Assembly: GCA_016187205.1 (NCBI GenBank)
Contig: JACPKE010000023.1
Span: forward strand, 1-40,617
From: Candidatus Brennerbacteria bacterium
GTDB taxonomy: Bacteria > Patescibacteriota > Minisyncoccia > UBA6257 > JACPKE01
Direction of reading: 5' to 3'
DNA length: 40,617 bases
Each line of letters starts with the position of its first letter. Position 1 is the first letter of the stretch. The notes under the pieces were generated by a model. The model made no database searches and was not told where the DNA came from. It worked only from the letters and a program-made list of their open reading frames with translations. Made by a program: the position numbers and the translations under genes. This document shows, piece by piece, positions 1 to 10,519 of this stretch.

Positions 1-46
1 TCCGCACGTTAGGAGTGTGCCGTTCTATCCATTGAACTACAAGGGG
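1..46 (-). tRNA. tRNA-Arg(CCT), 5' part only (truncated by window edge)
   Basis: Reverse complement CCCCTTG-TA-GTTC-AATGGATA-GAAC-G-GCACA-CTCCTAA-CGTGC gives a D-arm and an anticodon arm with CCT. Confidence 0.85.
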
Positions 47-153
47 CTTATTTAAATAAAGATAATTTTATTTATATAATAATTTGCCAGCAAGGTAAAG
101 ATTTGATAAATTCTTTAAATGCGCCTTTAGCTCAGTGGCAGAGCGCTTGTTGA

Positions 154-264
154 CCCCATTAGATTTATACGGGCGTTTAGCTCAGTGGTAGAGCGTCACA
201 TTGACATTGTGAAGGCCGCTGGTTCGATCCCAGCAACGCCCACCAAAAAATCTAACGGGGCAGG
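154..264 (+). mobile_element. 111-bp palindromic insertion carrying a tRNA-Val gene
   Basis: Arms CCCCATTAGATTT / AAATCTAACGGGG followed by CAGG; sits 3' of TTGA with no target duplication. Confidence 0.75.
171..245 (+). tRNA. tRNA-Val(GAC), intact, with encoded CCA
   Basis: Acceptor GGGCGTT/AACGCCC, anticodon arm TCACA-TTGACAT-TGTGA, T-arm GCTGG-TTCGATC-CCAGC, 3' ACCA. Confidence 0.97.
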
Positions 265-282
265 CACGCAAGAGGCCGCAGG

Positions 283-315
283 CCTGCCCCGTAGCCAACT
301 TGTTGTGCTATGGGG
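283..315 (-). mobile_element. 33-bp palindromic insertion in the T-arm of the outer tRNA
   Basis: CCTG-CCCCGTAGC...GCTATGGGG. On the minus strand it has the same CCCC..GGGG-CAGG layout, after TTGAA. Confidence 0.7.
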
Positions 316-344
316 TTCAATCCCTGCAAGGCACACAAAAATAA

Positions 345-375
345 AAATTAGCCTTGTTTACTAAAGGCTAATTTT
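345..375. terminator. Bidirectional intrinsic terminator
   Basis: AAAATTAGCCTT-gtttacta-AAGGCTAATTTT between the convergent tRNA and CDS. Confidence 0.7.
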
Positions 376-408
376 ATAGATCTTTTAATTAATAGCAGCG
401 GCTCAAAC

Positions 409-933
409 TCACCAGCCGTCTTCAATATATTCAATCTGCTGTTTTAAAATAATTTCTTCAATACTGCCCGGTTTAGCGATCATCCAATATTTCCAATAGG
501 GCCTAATCCACCAGGAATGAAATTGAAGATTTACCCTGCCTTTGAAAAATATCTCTAGCAAATGATCATCTAGCACATGTCTTAAAAACGACCGTCTTGG
601 TTCTGGAAGATTTTCATCATAAGGATTATCCGAAATTCCGCGCGGAATATACATTGTTCCATCATCAAATATTCTCTCATAGGCAAGAGAAAAGCCTTTT
701 TGATAATCTTTTATCAGAGAAAAGCGAAACACTTCATTTAAATCAATAAATAAATATAATCCCGACTCATCCTTTTTAAAATCAAGTATTCTGCCCTCTA
801 AATTCTCATTAACCTTTACCGTGCCACCCGCCGAACCAACTAATCTGATATACAATGAATCAACGGGATAATTATCCAGGCATAATCTTAAATTTTCAAA
901 ATCCAACTCTTTCGGCATCCAATATTGTTCCAT
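409..933 (-). CDS. Hypothetical protein, 174 aa
   Basis: Open ORF with protein-like composition; no family recognised. Confidence 0.75.
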   Translation of the reverse strand: MEQYWMPKELDFENLRLCLDNYPVDSLYIRLVGSAGGTVKVNENLEGRILDFKKDESGLYLFIDLNEVFRFSLIKDYQKGFSLAYERIFDDGTMYIPRGISDNPYDENLPEPRRSFLRHVLDDHLLEIFFKGRVNLQFHSWWIRPYWKYWMIAKPGSIEEIILKQQIEYIEDGW

Positions 934-1129
934 CCAAACACCTAATTTTAAATTTTGTTAAATAAATTATCTGATATTACTTTAACAATAAAAATTCCGC
1001 TTGCAAATAAAGCGTATTCTAGTCAATCCTAAGCCCTAACCAATATTCTCACATTCTCAAGAATGTAAGAATATAAACTTTACTAAAATACGCCAAAACA
1101 AAAATCCCGCTTGTTTAAAACGGGATTTA

Positions 1130-1909
1130 TTAATCATTAATCCAATCTTTTATTTTCTGCAATATTTCTTCCGGATCTTTTATTTTAGCTTTTAACGCTT
1201 TCCTGATTTTATAAACCCTGTCTTCGTATTTTTGCCACCAAAGCTCATGAAGATAGAAACCCAGAATAACCAACTGCAATACCAGCAAAATAGCGCCGAC
1301 AACTTTATAAAAATCGCGCTCCCAGGCGATTCCGGCAATATAAAAAATATCTCCGGCGGCAAAAGCAAAAGTATGTCCGCGGGCAGTGGCGCTGGTCACC
1401 AAATCATTCAATAAAAATTCTTTTAAAAAAACCAAATAGGGCTGGGTTTTCCTTTCCCGGCGCTTTTCTCGACTGTAAAGCCAAAAACCGCACATAATCC
1501 CGAGACTGCCGAAAAACGACAACAGAAAAATCCAATGCATTAAAATACCGAAATTCCCCGACAACGGAGTAAAATGCAAGCTTAAAAAAATCATCCAAAA
1601 CCCAAGAAAGTAATCGCGCGTATGGTCGGCGGCAGTTCCAAAAGCCGTAACGGAATTGTTGTTGCGGGCAGTCGGACCGTCAAAAAAATCAGTCAGCCAG
1701 GCAATGGTTAAAAACCAAATCTGCCTTGATAAAGATTTACGGTAATAAAAATCAATCATTGCCGCAACAAGAACAAGAAAACCCGCAACAGTCAAAAGAT
1801 TAGCCGCCTGTGGAATAATTCCCAAAGGCCTGGTCAAAGGCCAAAGCAGATGGTCGCGCGCCCATTTTTCAAGCGGCGTCCAATACCCTTCTTTTTCTTC
1901 ATCAGCCAT
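1130..1909 (-). CDS. CDP-alcohol phosphatidyltransferase family membrane protein
   Basis: ANLLT and the motif DFFDGPTAR..FG..DHTRD; several hydrophobic helices. Confidence 0.85.
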   Translation of the reverse strand: MADEEKEGYWTPLEKWARDHLLWPLTRPLGIIPQAANLLTVAGFLVLVAAMIDFYYRKSLSRQIWFLTIAWLTDFFDGPTARNNNSVTAFGTAADHTRDYFLGFWMIFLSLHFTPLSGNFGILMHWIFLLSFFGSLGIMCGFWLYSREKRRERKTQPYLVFLKEFLLNDLVTSATARGHTFAFAAGDIFYIAGIAWERDFYKVVGAILLVLQLVILGFYLHELWWQKYEDRVYKIRKALKAKIKDPEEILQKIKDWIND

Positions 1910-2021
1910 TTCATTCTCCCTGTCCCTCCATAGGTTTTTGCCCTTCCGAAATTTTAACGAAAGAAGAATAGCGTAGGAGGACTTATAAAATTATAAAATC
2001 CTAAGTTCAGACTAGCTAAAA

Positions 2022-2049
2022 TTGACTTAAAAAGTCAAACGGGTAAAAT
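2022..2049 (+). promoter_or_regulatory. Sigma70-like promoter for tRNA-Ala
   Basis: TTGACT-16 nt-TAAAAT; the -35 lies within the palindrome TTGACTTAAAAAGTCAA. Confidence 0.55.
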
Positions 2050-2072
2050 TATAAAATATTAATTTTAAAGAA

Positions 2073-2143
2073 GGGCCTATAGTAAAACGGCATTACATCT
2101 CCATGGCATGGAGGAGGTCGGGGTTCAATTCCCCGTAGGTCCA
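2073..2143 (+). tRNA. tRNA-Ala(GGC)
   Basis: Acceptor GGGCCTA/TAGGTCC with G3:U70; anticodon loop ATGGCAT; GGTTCAATT T-loop. Confidence 0.95.
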
Positions 2144-2259
2144 TAACTAAAATCCAGCTTCAGCGTTATTTTTTATACTGAAACTGGATTTATTAGCATA
2201 GCTTGCTATTCTAAAAACAGTCAAAGACTGATTAAAAATTAAAATAAAAGGAGCAGACA

Positions 2260-2868
2260 ATGGAAATAAAAGAAAAATGGCTTGATGGCTGGGTTTTGGA
2301 TATTACTGAAAATAAATCGTTGATGGCGACATATGCCGCCGAATGCCATGCGATGCAATTATTCGGCCGCAAACTATTTGATTTTGGAGTTATATCAAAA
2401 CAAGGCGGCAATTTCGCCATCCGCGACCGGAACAACCCGAATGTATTTATATCAACGGCGCACGGCGTAAATAAAAGCAAATTAAGAAAATCTGATTTTC
2501 TGATTGTCAGATTTATCAACTGGCGCGACAAAAAGGTTTTTGTTGATGCTTTTGACGAACATGCCATGCCTTCTACCGATACGCTGTTAATGGGCCAGAC
2601 TTTTATTACTGATCCGGAATTAAACACTTGGGTGCATTTTCATAAAACAGTCAAAACGCCGCATGAAATAAAAATGAACTATCCCGTTACTAATGAAGCA
2701 GAAATGGCGATTTTTACTTTTATGATAATTAATAAAGTCATGACGATAAATTTAATAGACCATGATAAAATAAGAAAAACGCGACCGGATAATCAACCCG
2801 ATTCAGCTATAATTCTCGGAAAAGATTATCTGGAAACTTTTCAACGAACAATCAAGTTGATAGTTTGA
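2260..2868 (+). CDS. Class II aldolase/adducin-like protein
   Basis: GGNFAIR, ISTAHG, MPSTD and WVHFH motifs in class II aldolase order. Confidence 0.65.
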   Translation: MEIKEKWLDGWVLDITENKSLMATYAAECHAMQLFGRKLFDFGVISKQGGNFAIRDRNNPNVFISTAHGVNKSKLRKSDFLIVRFINWRDKKVFVDAFDEHAMPSTDTLLMGQTFITDPELNTWVHFHKTVKTPHEIKMNYPVTNEAEMAIFTFMIINKVMTINLIDHDKIRKTRPDNQPDSAIILGKDYLETFQRTIKLIV

Positions 2869-2894
2869 AAAATTTAAAACTAATTTTTTATTCG

Positions 2895-2953
2895 CCCTCG
2901 CTTCGCCGAAGCTTGCAAAAGCGAAGGTGAGCCGCGCTAACTGTTCAGCGCGG
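2895..2953. repeat. REP-like GC-rich palindromes upstream of tRNA-Ser
   Basis: CTTCGCCGAAG..., CCGCGCTAACTGTTCAGCGCGG. Confidence 0.55.
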
Positions 2954-2961
2954 ATTTTATT

Positions 2962-3048
2962 GGAGGGTTGGCAGAGCGGTCTAATGCGCTGGTTTCGAAA
3001 ACCAGTTGGAGCGAAAGTTCCTCGCAGGTTCAAATCCTGCACCCTCCG
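2962..3048 (+). tRNA. tRNA-Ser(CGA)
   Basis: Acceptor GGAGGGT/ACCCTCC, anticodon arm CTGGT-TTCGAAA-ACCAG, long variable arm, G discriminator. Confidence 0.95.
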
Positions 3049-3137
3049 CAGATATAAAATTTTGCAATTATACATTACTATCCTATACTCAAATAAGTTT
3101 TTTGTTAATAAAATTTATTTTTAAGAAAAGGAGAGAA

Positions 3138-3410
3138 ATGCTATATGCTGGATATTATACAACATTAGACAGTTGTTGGATTAAAATCAGCTATGATTTA
3201 GAAATACTTAAAAGAGAATGGTGTTTTGGTATGGTAATATTTGAAGCGCCAGGGTTAACCTACGATGAATTACAAAAACGATTTCCAAACAATCCAGACC
3301 GCTATGATATTTTTAATTGGTTAAAAGAAAATTACCAAGAAATTCATAGAGATGGAGTGCCTGAAGATGGGGTGAATAATAAATTTGATGCTTTTATTAT
3401 TAATTCCTGA
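3138..3410 (+). CDS. Small hypothetical protein, 90 aa
   Basis: AAGGAGAG SD before ATG 3138; downstream hairpin near 3484-3508. Confidence 0.7.
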   Translation: MLYAGYYTTLDSCWIKISYDLEILKREWCFGMVIFEAPGLTYDELQKRFPNNPDRYDIFNWLKENYQEIHRDGVPEDGVNNKFDAFIINS

Positions 3411-3555
3411 AATAGAGAATGATTGGATTTGTAGCAACGCTTATCTTAAGTTTTCTTAAACGTGGTACTTATCTAAACCACGAAAAGCCACTAAATAGGT
3501 GGCTTTTTATTTAAAATAAAAAGGGAGCTTCTATCAGAAGCTCCGAGATAACTAA

Positions 3556-3720
3556 CTAATGCCACAAAAAATAGCCAGATAACATACCAGTAAATAGTGC
3601 AGGCGCATCGTAAACCAAAAATCTCCACCCGGTAGGATCAATACCGGTATAATGCTTAACAATGGTATTTGTAATACCATAGATTAGAGCACAAACAAGC
3701 ATCAACCATAACTTTTTCAT
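3556..3720 (-). CDS. Small two-helix membrane protein, 54 aa (not in ORF track)
   Basis: GGAGGAG SD; MKKLWLMLVCALIYGITNTIVKHYTGIDPTGWRFLVYDAPALFTGMLSGYFLWH. Confidence 0.65.
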   Translation of the reverse strand: MKKLWLMLVCALIYGITNTIVKHYTGIDPTGWRFLVYDAPALFTGMLSGYFLWH

Positions 3721-3895
3721 CTAACTCCTCCATTTTTAAGTTTGAAAACAGGTTTTTAAGTAAAATCAATACTAAATAAAGTATATAACACTAATATACT
3801 ATTGTCAATACCATACCATTTATATTTATATCTCGCGCATAAAAATTAGAAGGGATTTTATTGCAAAAATATTTATGATAAAATAAAAATAAACT

Positions 3896-4951
3896 ATGAA
3901 ATCCGAAAAATCGCCAATAATTCAAATAATCAAAAAAGTGATGCCGTCGGTGGTTTCAATTATTATCTCCAAAAGTTTGGAGGAATTGGAAAAGGAACTG
4001 CCGGCAACGTTATCGCCGCTTCTTCCTTTTGGAACGCCGATGCCCAAAATTCCCGAAGAAGAAATTGACGCTCATGGAATGGTTAAAATCGGCGGCGGTT
4101 CCGGTTCAATAGTTGATGAAGGCGGGATTATTCTGACCAACAAACACGTCGTGATTGACCCAAAAGCCGAATACACCGTTGTCACTCAAGATAACCAAAA
4201 ACATCCGGCAGAAATTTTAGCTCGCGACCCTGTAAACGATGTGGCCATCTTAAAAATAAAAGATGTCAAAGTTAAATTACCGGAAATAAAATTAGGGGAT
4301 TCGGATCATCTTGAGCTTGGCCAGACAGTAATCGCAATCGGCAACGCGCTGGGCATTTTCCGAAATACCGTATCACTCGGCATTGTTTCCGGACTGTCAC
4401 GTTCTTTAGCGGCCGCAGTTGATTTAAAGGCTACTGTCCAGGAAATGAGAGGACTTATTCAAACCGACGCGGCTATCAATCCGGGCAATTCCGGCGGGCC
4501 CCTGGTGGACAGCAACGGCTATGTTATCGGAATCAATACTGCGATTATTTTCGGCGCCCAAAATATCGGCTTTGCTATTCCGGTTAACGCCGCTAAAAGA
4601 GATCTGGCCGATCTTAAAAAATACGGCCGCATCCGCCGGCCACTTTTAGGACTCCGCTATATTATTCTTGACGAAGATTCAAAAGAAAAAAACAAACTGC
4701 CCGTCGGGTATGGCGCTTTAATCGCCGCTGAAATGCATCATCACGACGGCGTAGTGCCGGACAGCCCGGCTGATAAAGCGGGTATTAAAGAAAAAGACAT
4801 TATTCTGGAATGTAACGGCGAAAAAATAACAAAAGAAAAAACCATTCAGGATTTTCTGGAAAATATGACTGTAGGAGAAATAATGAATTTAAAAGTTCTG
4901 CGCAAGAAAAAAGAATTCGCCGTTAAAGTAACTCTAGCGGAAAGAAAGTAA
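3896..4951 (+). CDS. htrA: HtrA/DegP-family serine protease with PDZ domain; no obvious N-terminal anchor
   Basis: TNKHV, DVAILK, QTDAAINPGNSGGP, C-terminal PDZ. Confidence 0.92.
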   Translation: MKSEKSPIIQIIKKVMPSVVSIIISKSLEELEKELPATLSPLLPFGTPMPKIPEEEIDAHGMVKIGGGSGSIVDEGGIILTNKHVVIDPKAEYTVVTQDNQKHPAEILARDPVNDVAILKIKDVKVKLPEIKLGDSDHLELGQTVIAIGNALGIFRNTVSLGIVSGLSRSLAAAVDLKATVQEMRGLIQTDAAINPGNSGGPLVDSNGYVIGINTAIIFGAQNIGFAIPVNAAKRDLADLKKYGRIRRPLLGLRYIILDEDSKEKNKLPVGYGALIAAEMHHHDGVVPDSPADKAGIKEKDIILECNGEKITKEKTIQDFLENMTVGEIMNLKVLRKKKEFAVKVTLAERK

Positions 4952-5027
4952 ACTTCGCGAATATACGAATATAGCGCTGATATACGAATTCGCATATTCG
5001 TGCTTGATTCGCATATTAGTGCAGTTT
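4950..5027. mobile_element. 78-bp empty derivative of the GxxExxY element (two fused ends)
   Basis: Left 40 nt nearly identical to 20800-20840; right 40 nt similar to 21229-21268. Confidence 0.75.
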
Positions 5028-5029
5028 AT

Positions 5030-5791
5030 TCAAATTCTCCAGCTTGAAGTCCCTAAAATCAAAACCAATAAAATAATAAAAACTGTTCCGCGGCTTAAAA
5101 ATAAAGTTCTTGTCAGCTTGCCCTGAAAATAATAATCCAGGAAATCGCGCATTAAAAAAACCAAAAGCGTTAAAAGGGCCGCGCTGTTAAAAAAGCTTAA
5201 AGGCAGAAGCGCAATTGCCCATAAAAATTCCACTGCGGCCAGACCAAGAACCAAAGCCACTGTTTTTTCCCGCTTTGGAAATATTCCCGCTAAAACGGTA
5301 ATCGCTTCGGAAAAAAGCATAAAAATCGCGGCTGACTCCAAAAAATATTTCATTAAAAAATAAGCGGACTTATCGGAAGCAAAAAATAAAACAGCGGTAA
5401 TGAAAAACAGCGCCGTATTTAAATTCCTGTAAACCCTGCCGCGGTCTTGAAAAATCAAATCTCCCAACCCGAAAAGCCAATAAGCCAAAACAACCAAAAA
5501 TAGCCAAACAACGCCAAAAACTAATGGCGTTAAAACGTATTCGGATTGGCTGATAAGATAAGAGCTCAACCAAAAAATAATGGTTGATTTTAAAAATAAT
5601 TTTTTTTCCGGCTGGCGGCTGTAAACAAAAATAAACGCGGCAAAAAAAACAACCGCAGCTGTTAAAGGAGAAAAACTGAAAAAATAGACCAGCCAGAAAG
5701 AAACGGCGAAAATTAAAACCTTAGACGCCGATTTCAACAGTCTGCTGGCCCGCCATTTTTCCGGAAATTGAAATTTTAACTTTCTGACCAT
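5030..5791 (-). CDS. Multi-pass membrane protein of unknown function
   Basis: About 8 hydrophobic segments; start uncertain because it overlaps the clpB 3' end. Confidence 0.8.
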   Translation of the reverse strand: MVRKLKFQFPEKWRASRLLKSASKVLIFAVSFWLVYFFSFSPLTAAVVFFAAFIFVYSRQPEKKLFLKSTIIFWLSSYLISQSEYVLTPLVFGVVWLFLVVLAYWLFGLGDLIFQDRGRVYRNLNTALFFITAVLFFASDKSAYFLMKYFLESAAIFMLFSEAITVLAGIFPKREKTVALVLGLAAVEFLWAIALLPLSFFNSAALLTLLVFLMRDFLDYYFQGKLTRTLFLSRGTVFIILLVLILGTSSWRI

Positions 5792-8363
5792 CTTTAATCT
5801 GCCCTTTAATTATTTTATCGGCTAAATTATCCAGAATGACTTTTTGAATAAGCCGTTTAATCGGTCTGGCGCCATACTCCACGCTAAAACCGTTAACGGC
5901 GATGTATTTTTTTACTTCCGGATTTATTTTGACCTTAATCTGGCGCAAAGCAAGTTTTTTTTCAATTTCGGCAAACTGAATATCAGCTATCTCTTCAACG
6001 TCAACCGGCCGCAAAGAATTAAAAATAAGGGTTTCATCCAAACGGTTTAAAAATTCCGGCTTGAAGGTTTGGCGCAAAGATTCCATAATTTTCGCGCGAA
6101 AATTATCTTCCTTGCCCTTCAGCCCGTCATCCGATTCCGATGAAAAACCCAGATTGGACATCTCGCGAAAATAACCGCTACCGACATTTGAAGTCATAAT
6201 AATAATCGTATTTTTAAAATTAACTGTCTTGCCCTTGCTGTCGGTCAAACGGCCGTTATCCAAAATCTGAAGCAAAAGATTAAAAACTTCCGGATGCGCC
6301 TTTTCTATTTCATCAAACAAAATCAAGCTGTACGGCCGGTGGCGAACCGCGTCAGTCAAACGGCCGCCTTCCTCATAACCGACATAACCAGGCGGAGCTC
6401 CGATTAGACGGGCGGTTGAATGACGTTCCATATATTCCGACATATCAATGCGAAGCAAAGATTTTTCGTCATTAAACATAAATTCCGAGAGCGCCCGCGC
6501 CAATTCAGTCTTGCCGACGCCGGTAGACCCTAAAAACATAAAAGAAGCAATTGGTCTTGATTCATCGCCAAGTCCGGCGCGGCTCCGGCGCAAAGCCCTG
6601 GCTACAGCTTCAATAGCTTCCTTTTGACCAACAACTCTTTTAGATAAAGTTTCTTCAATGCGATTCAGCTTATTAATTTCCGATTCCAACATTCTGGTTA
6701 CCGGAATACCTGTCCAGCGCGAAACCACTTCGGCAATATCTTCCTCGTCAACATATTCCTTGATAAATTTGTCGTGCCGGTTATTCTTGGAAAAATATTT
6801 TTTTTCAAAAGATTCAAATTCCTTTTCGGCGGCCGGCAGTTCACCGTAAAGAATCTGCGCCACTTTTTCAAGATTGCCGTCTCTTTCGGCAACTTCCGCG
6901 ATCCGACGCAAATCTTCGGTCCGGCGCCGCAAAGTATTAAGATTTTCAAAAGCGATCTTTTCCGCATGCCAGCGCGCTGACAAAAGATCGTTCGCGCTTT
7001 TAAATCCAACAAGTTCTTTTTCTATTTCTTTAAGACGGGATTTGGCAACTTTGCTGTTTTCTTTTGACAAGGCTGATTTTTCTATTTCAAGACGGGTAAT
7101 TTCGCGGCGTTTGACATCAAGTTCTTTTGGAAGGCTGTCGCTGTCAAGCCTGCGGCTGGCCGCGGCTTCATCAATAAGGTCAACTGCTTTATCGGGCAAA
7201 AAACGGTCACTGATATACCTGGCGGAAAGATTAACCGCCGCCACAATCGCCTCGTCGCTTACCTTTACGCCATGATGGGTTTCATATTTTTCCTTAAGGC
7301 CGCGCAAAATAGCGATGCTGTCTTCTATAGCCGGCTCATCAACATTAATCGGCTGCAACCGGCGTTCAAGCGCCGGGTCTTTTTCAATATGGCGCTGATA
7401 TTCTTTAATCGTAGTGGCGCCGATGGCATGTAATTCTCCCCTGGCAAGAGACGGCTTTAAAAGATTGGATGCGTCAACAGCGCCTTCGGCTGCGCCAGCC
7501 CCGACAATCATATGAATTTCATCTATAAAAAGTATCATCCTGCCGCTGGCGTTTTTAATTTCTTTCAGAAACGCTTTTAAGCGGTCTTCAAATTCGCCGC
7601 GGAATTTTGTTCCGGCAATCAAAGAACCAAGGTCAAGCATAATAATTTCCTTATTTTTAAGAGGTTCCGGCACTTCCCCGCTGATAATCCTTTGCGCCAG
7701 GCCTTCAACAATGGCTGTCTTGCCAACGCCCGGCTCGCCCACCAAAACCGGATTATTTTTGGTTCTGCGGCTCAAAACCTGAATAACCCTCCGCAATTCT
7801 TCCTCGCGGCCGATAACCGGATCAAGTTTTCCTTCCCGCGCCTGTTCGGTCAAATTAATCGCGTACTTGTCCAAAACCTGAAACTTAGATTCCGGCATTT
7901 CATCGGTAATTCTTGCGGAGCCGCGTAACTGGGATAAAATCCGCATCACAATTTCCCGACGCACCCCGAAATTATTCAAAATAGTCTGGGCCGAAGAAGG
8001 CACATCAAATAAAGCCATCAACAAATGCTCGCAAGAAACAAACTCATCTTTTTGCTGAAGAGCCACTTTAGCGGCCTGGTCCAAAATTTTCATCAGTTCC
8101 TGCGACAAATAAAGCTGCCCGACCGTTGAGGTGGAAAATAATTTCGGAAGGCGGGCAAGTTCCTGTTCCAGTTCCTGTTCCAAAGCCGACAAATTTACAT
8201 TAGCGCGCACCAAAAGAGGCCTTACAAGGGTCTGGTCCTCGCCTATTAAAGCGCGCAAAAGATGCAAAGCTTTTAATTCGCCATGAGATTCTTTGGCGGC
8301 TAAATCCTGCGCGTTCTGCAGAGCTTCCTGAGCTTTAATTGTAAAACGATGAAAGTTAGGCAT
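5721..8363 (-). CDS. clpB: ATP-dependent chaperone ClpB
   Basis: Clp N-domain, GEPGVGKT and GSTGVGKT Walker A motifs, long coiled-coil middle domain, GAPPGYVGY. Confidence 0.95.
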   Translation of the reverse strand: MPNFHRFTIKAQEALQNAQDLAAKESHGELKALHLLRALIGEDQTLVRPLLVRANVNLSALEQELEQELARLPKLFSTSTVGQLYLSQELMKILDQAAKVALQQKDEFVSCEHLLMALFDVPSSAQTILNNFGVRREIVMRILSQLRGSARITDEMPESKFQVLDKYAINLTEQAREGKLDPVIGREEELRRVIQVLSRRTKNNPVLVGEPGVGKTAIVEGLAQRIISGEVPEPLKNKEIIMLDLGSLIAGTKFRGEFEDRLKAFLKEIKNASGRMILFIDEIHMIVGAGAAEGAVDASNLLKPSLARGELHAIGATTIKEYQRHIEKDPALERRLQPINVDEPAIEDSIAILRGLKEKYETHHGVKVSDEAIVAAVNLSARYISDRFLPDKAVDLIDEAAASRRLDSDSLPKELDVKRREITRLEIEKSALSKENSKVAKSRLKEIEKELVGFKSANDLLSARWHAEKIAFENLNTLRRRTEDLRRIAEVAERDGNLEKVAQILYGELPAAEKEFESFEKKYFSKNNRHDKFIKEYVDEEDIAEVVSRWTGIPVTRMLESEINKLNRIEETLSKRVVGQKEAIEAVARALRRSRAGLGDESRPIASFMFLGSTGVGKTELARALSEFMFNDEKSLLRIDMSEYMERHSTARLIGAPPGYVGYEEGGRLTDAVRHRPYSLILFDEIEKAHPEVFNLLLQILDNGRLTDSKGKTVNFKNTIIIMTSNVGSGYFREMSNLGFSSESDDGLKGKEDNFRAKIMESLRQTFKPEFLNRLDETLIFNSLRPVDVEEIADIQFAEIEKKLALRQIKVKINPEVKKYIAVNGFSVEYGARPIKRLIQKVILDNLADKIIKGQIKDGQKVKISISGKMAGQQTVEIGV

Positions 8364-8409
8364 TTTAATTATTTTACTATTTTTTAAGATAAAGTAAAGC
8401 GGCGGCTAA

Positions 8410-10167
8410 TCACCTAAAACCGATTTGCAATTCATACAGCTTTTTATAAACGCCTCCTTCTATTTTCATCAATTCTTCGTGCCTGCCTTTTTCAACGATT
8501 CTGCCCTTATCCAGCACCAAAATCAAATCCGCTTTCCTGACGGTGCTGAAGCGGTGGGCAATTATAAAAGTCGTTCGATTTTTCATTAATTTTTCCAAAG
8601 ATTCGCCGATGAATTCTTCGGATTTCGCGTCCAAGGCCGAAGTCGGTTCGTCTAAAATCAAAATTCTCGGATTTCGCAGAATCGCCCTGGCAATGGCGAT
8701 TCTTTGTTTCTGTCCGGTTGACAGCTTAATCCCCCGCTCGCCGACCAATTGATTATATTTTTTAGGAAAATTTTCAATAAATTCATCGGCATGAGCCAAA
8801 CGCGCCGCTTCCATTACGTCCGCATCGTTTGCGTCAAACTTGCCGTATTTAATGTTATTTTTAACAGTATCGTTAAAAAGCATAATTTCCTGTGGCACAA
8901 TGCTGATAAAGGCCCGCAAAACCCTAAGGTCTAAATTTTTAATATTATGGCCGTCTATTAAAATCCGGCCATGATTCGGCTGAAAATAAAAAGAAATTAA
9001 ATCAATCAAGGTTGTTTTTCCAACCCCTGACTCACCGACTAAAGCAACGGTTTGTCCGGAATTAACCGCAAAAGAAACATCGTCTAAAACTTTATTCTGA
9101 TTTTTAGAGTAGCCGAAACTGACGTTTTGAAATTCAATCTTACCATTAAGCTCCGCCAAAATGACCGCGTTCTTTGGCACATAAATTTCTTCCGGTTTTT
9201 GTAAAATTTCTTCCGCTCTTTCAATTGCCACTAAACCGTTTTGAATAAGACTCCAATTTCTGCCAAGAGTTATAAAAGGAGCGAAAAACATAGCAGCGTA
9301 CCCCTGAAACGCCAGCAACTCGCCGATAGTCAATTCGTTTTTCCATATTAAAAATATGGAAAAAATTAGCAGGGCGAAATTAGTAAAAGTAATCAACAAT
9401 CTCTGGGTTAAATTTAAACTGGATTGCAACGCTACAAAATTTATAAAAAACCGCGCCGCTTTCAAACGAAAATTTTTAAAAAATTTTCTTTTTTCATACT
9501 TTTCCGTAGTGGCTTGTTTAATCGCTTGAACATTCAAAACACTGTCATAAGCGTCGCCATACGCCACCGACCAGCTCCGATGCATTTTTTTTAATAAATC
9601 AGCTATTCTTGGCGCGATTTTTATTAAGACCAAAATATAAATAAAAACCGAAAAAATCAGCATAACGGCTAAAACCGGCTTAATGCTGAAAGTTATAAAA
9701 ATAGCGATAATAATACTTAAAAAATCGGGAAATGAATCAATCAATATACGATTTACAATACTGCTAAGCCAGTCCGAGGCGCGGTCAATTCGTTTTGTAA
9801 TTTCGCCTATTTTATGTTTTTTATGAAAAGACAGCGGAAAAAGAAGAAGTTTTGAAAACCCGTCAATAAGATAATTGCTTTCCAAAGTAACAGCTAAAGT
9901 TTCCCGCCTTACATCTTTAAATTTATCGGCAATATCATGGATACCTCGGCTTAAAATCCACAAACCAAGAAATAAAATAATTGCGCTGCTTACCCTTCCT
10001 AAGATAGCGTCAAAAAGTCGTCCGCCGATATAAGGAACCGCGGCATTGGCGCCTGCCGATACCAAGCTTATGCCTAAAATAATAAATAATTGGCGCCGGT
10101 GCGGTTTTAAATAACGAAAAACAATATTTAATCTTTTCAGATAATTTTCTTTTTTAGCATTAAACAT
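8410..10167 (-). CDS. ABC exporter, fused permease/ATPase (MsbA/MdlB-like)
   Basis: TM domain plus GESGVGKT, LSTGQKQR, ILILDEPTSALD. Confidence 0.93.
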   Translation of the reverse strand: MFNAKKENYLKRLNIVFRYLKPHRRQLFIILGISLVSAGANAAVPYIGGRLFDAILGRVSSAIILFLGLWILSRGIHDIADKFKDVRRETLAVTLESNYLIDGFSKLLLFPLSFHKKHKIGEITKRIDRASDWLSSIVNRILIDSFPDFLSIIIAIFITFSIKPVLAVMLIFSVFIYILVLIKIAPRIADLLKKMHRSWSVAYGDAYDSVLNVQAIKQATTEKYEKRKFFKNFRLKAARFFINFVALQSSLNLTQRLLITFTNFALLIFSIFLIWKNELTIGELLAFQGYAAMFFAPFITLGRNWSLIQNGLVAIERAEEILQKPEEIYVPKNAVILAELNGKIEFQNVSFGYSKNQNKVLDDVSFAVNSGQTVALVGESGVGKTTLIDLISFYFQPNHGRILIDGHNIKNLDLRVLRAFISIVPQEIMLFNDTVKNNIKYGKFDANDADVMEAARLAHADEFIENFPKKYNQLVGERGIKLSTGQKQRIAIARAILRNPRILILDEPTSALDAKSEEFIGESLEKLMKNRTTFIIAHRFSTVRKADLILVLDKGRIVEKGRHEELMKIEGGVYKKLYELQIGFR

Positions 10168-10204
10168 TTTTGTATTTTAGCATAAATCGCGATATAATAT
10201 TTAA

Positions 10205-10519
10205 ATGAATATCAAAAGAAAATATCCACCGCAATCGCTACGGGGCATTTTATGGTCTGTTAAAACATCAAATTTAAATTTAGAAAAAGACAAAACATAT
10301 ATTATTCATCAAATATTAAGATACGGCAATCTTAAACAAATTTCTTGGCTCTTTAAAACTTACGGTAAAAATACCATTAGACGGGTTTTTTTGGAGCAAC
10401 CGCAAAAAATTTACAACTTGCCGAATTTTTATTTTATAAAAGATGTCGTTTTAAAAATAAAAAAAAGGACGTTGATTTCCAAATATGATTCAACCTCGCT
10501 TAGAAATATTAGGCCCTGA
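10205..10519 (+). CDS. DUF6922-like putative antitoxin
   Basis: ILWS...YIIHQILRYG...WL pattern; overlaps the downstream AbiEii gene. Confidence 0.65.
   Translation: MNIKRKYPPQSLRGILWSVKTSNLNLEKDKTYIIHQILRYGNLKQISWLFKTYGKNTIRRVFLEQPQKIYNLPNFYFIKDVVLKIKKRTLISKYDSTSLRNIRP

Larger units (their letters stand above)
121..335 (+). pseudogene. Outer tRNA-Val(GAC)-like gene interrupted by two palindromic insertions (154-264 and 283-315)
   Basis: Removing the inserts gives GCGCCTT-TA-GCTCAGTGGCAGAGC-G-CTTGT-TGACAC-GCAAG-AGGCC-GCAGG-TTCAATC-CCTGC-AAGGCAC-A. This is a cloverleaf with a C2:A71 mismatch and a 6-nt anticodon loop. Confidence 0.8.

Noticed and set aside
154..264. Group I intron in the tRNA anticodon loop
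   Set aside because: Too short; the interior is entirely a tRNA gene plus palindromic arms.
2803..3137. ORFs 2803-3075, 2927-3124 and the 5' extension of 3006-3410
   Set aside because: They overlap tRNA-Ser; the SD supports a start at 3138.
5844..8934. Short alternative-frame and antisense ORFs within clpB and the ABC gene (and similar ones in htrA, recA, glyA and the Cys-repeat gene)
   Set aside because: Shadow ORFs of well-supported genes, with no independent signals.
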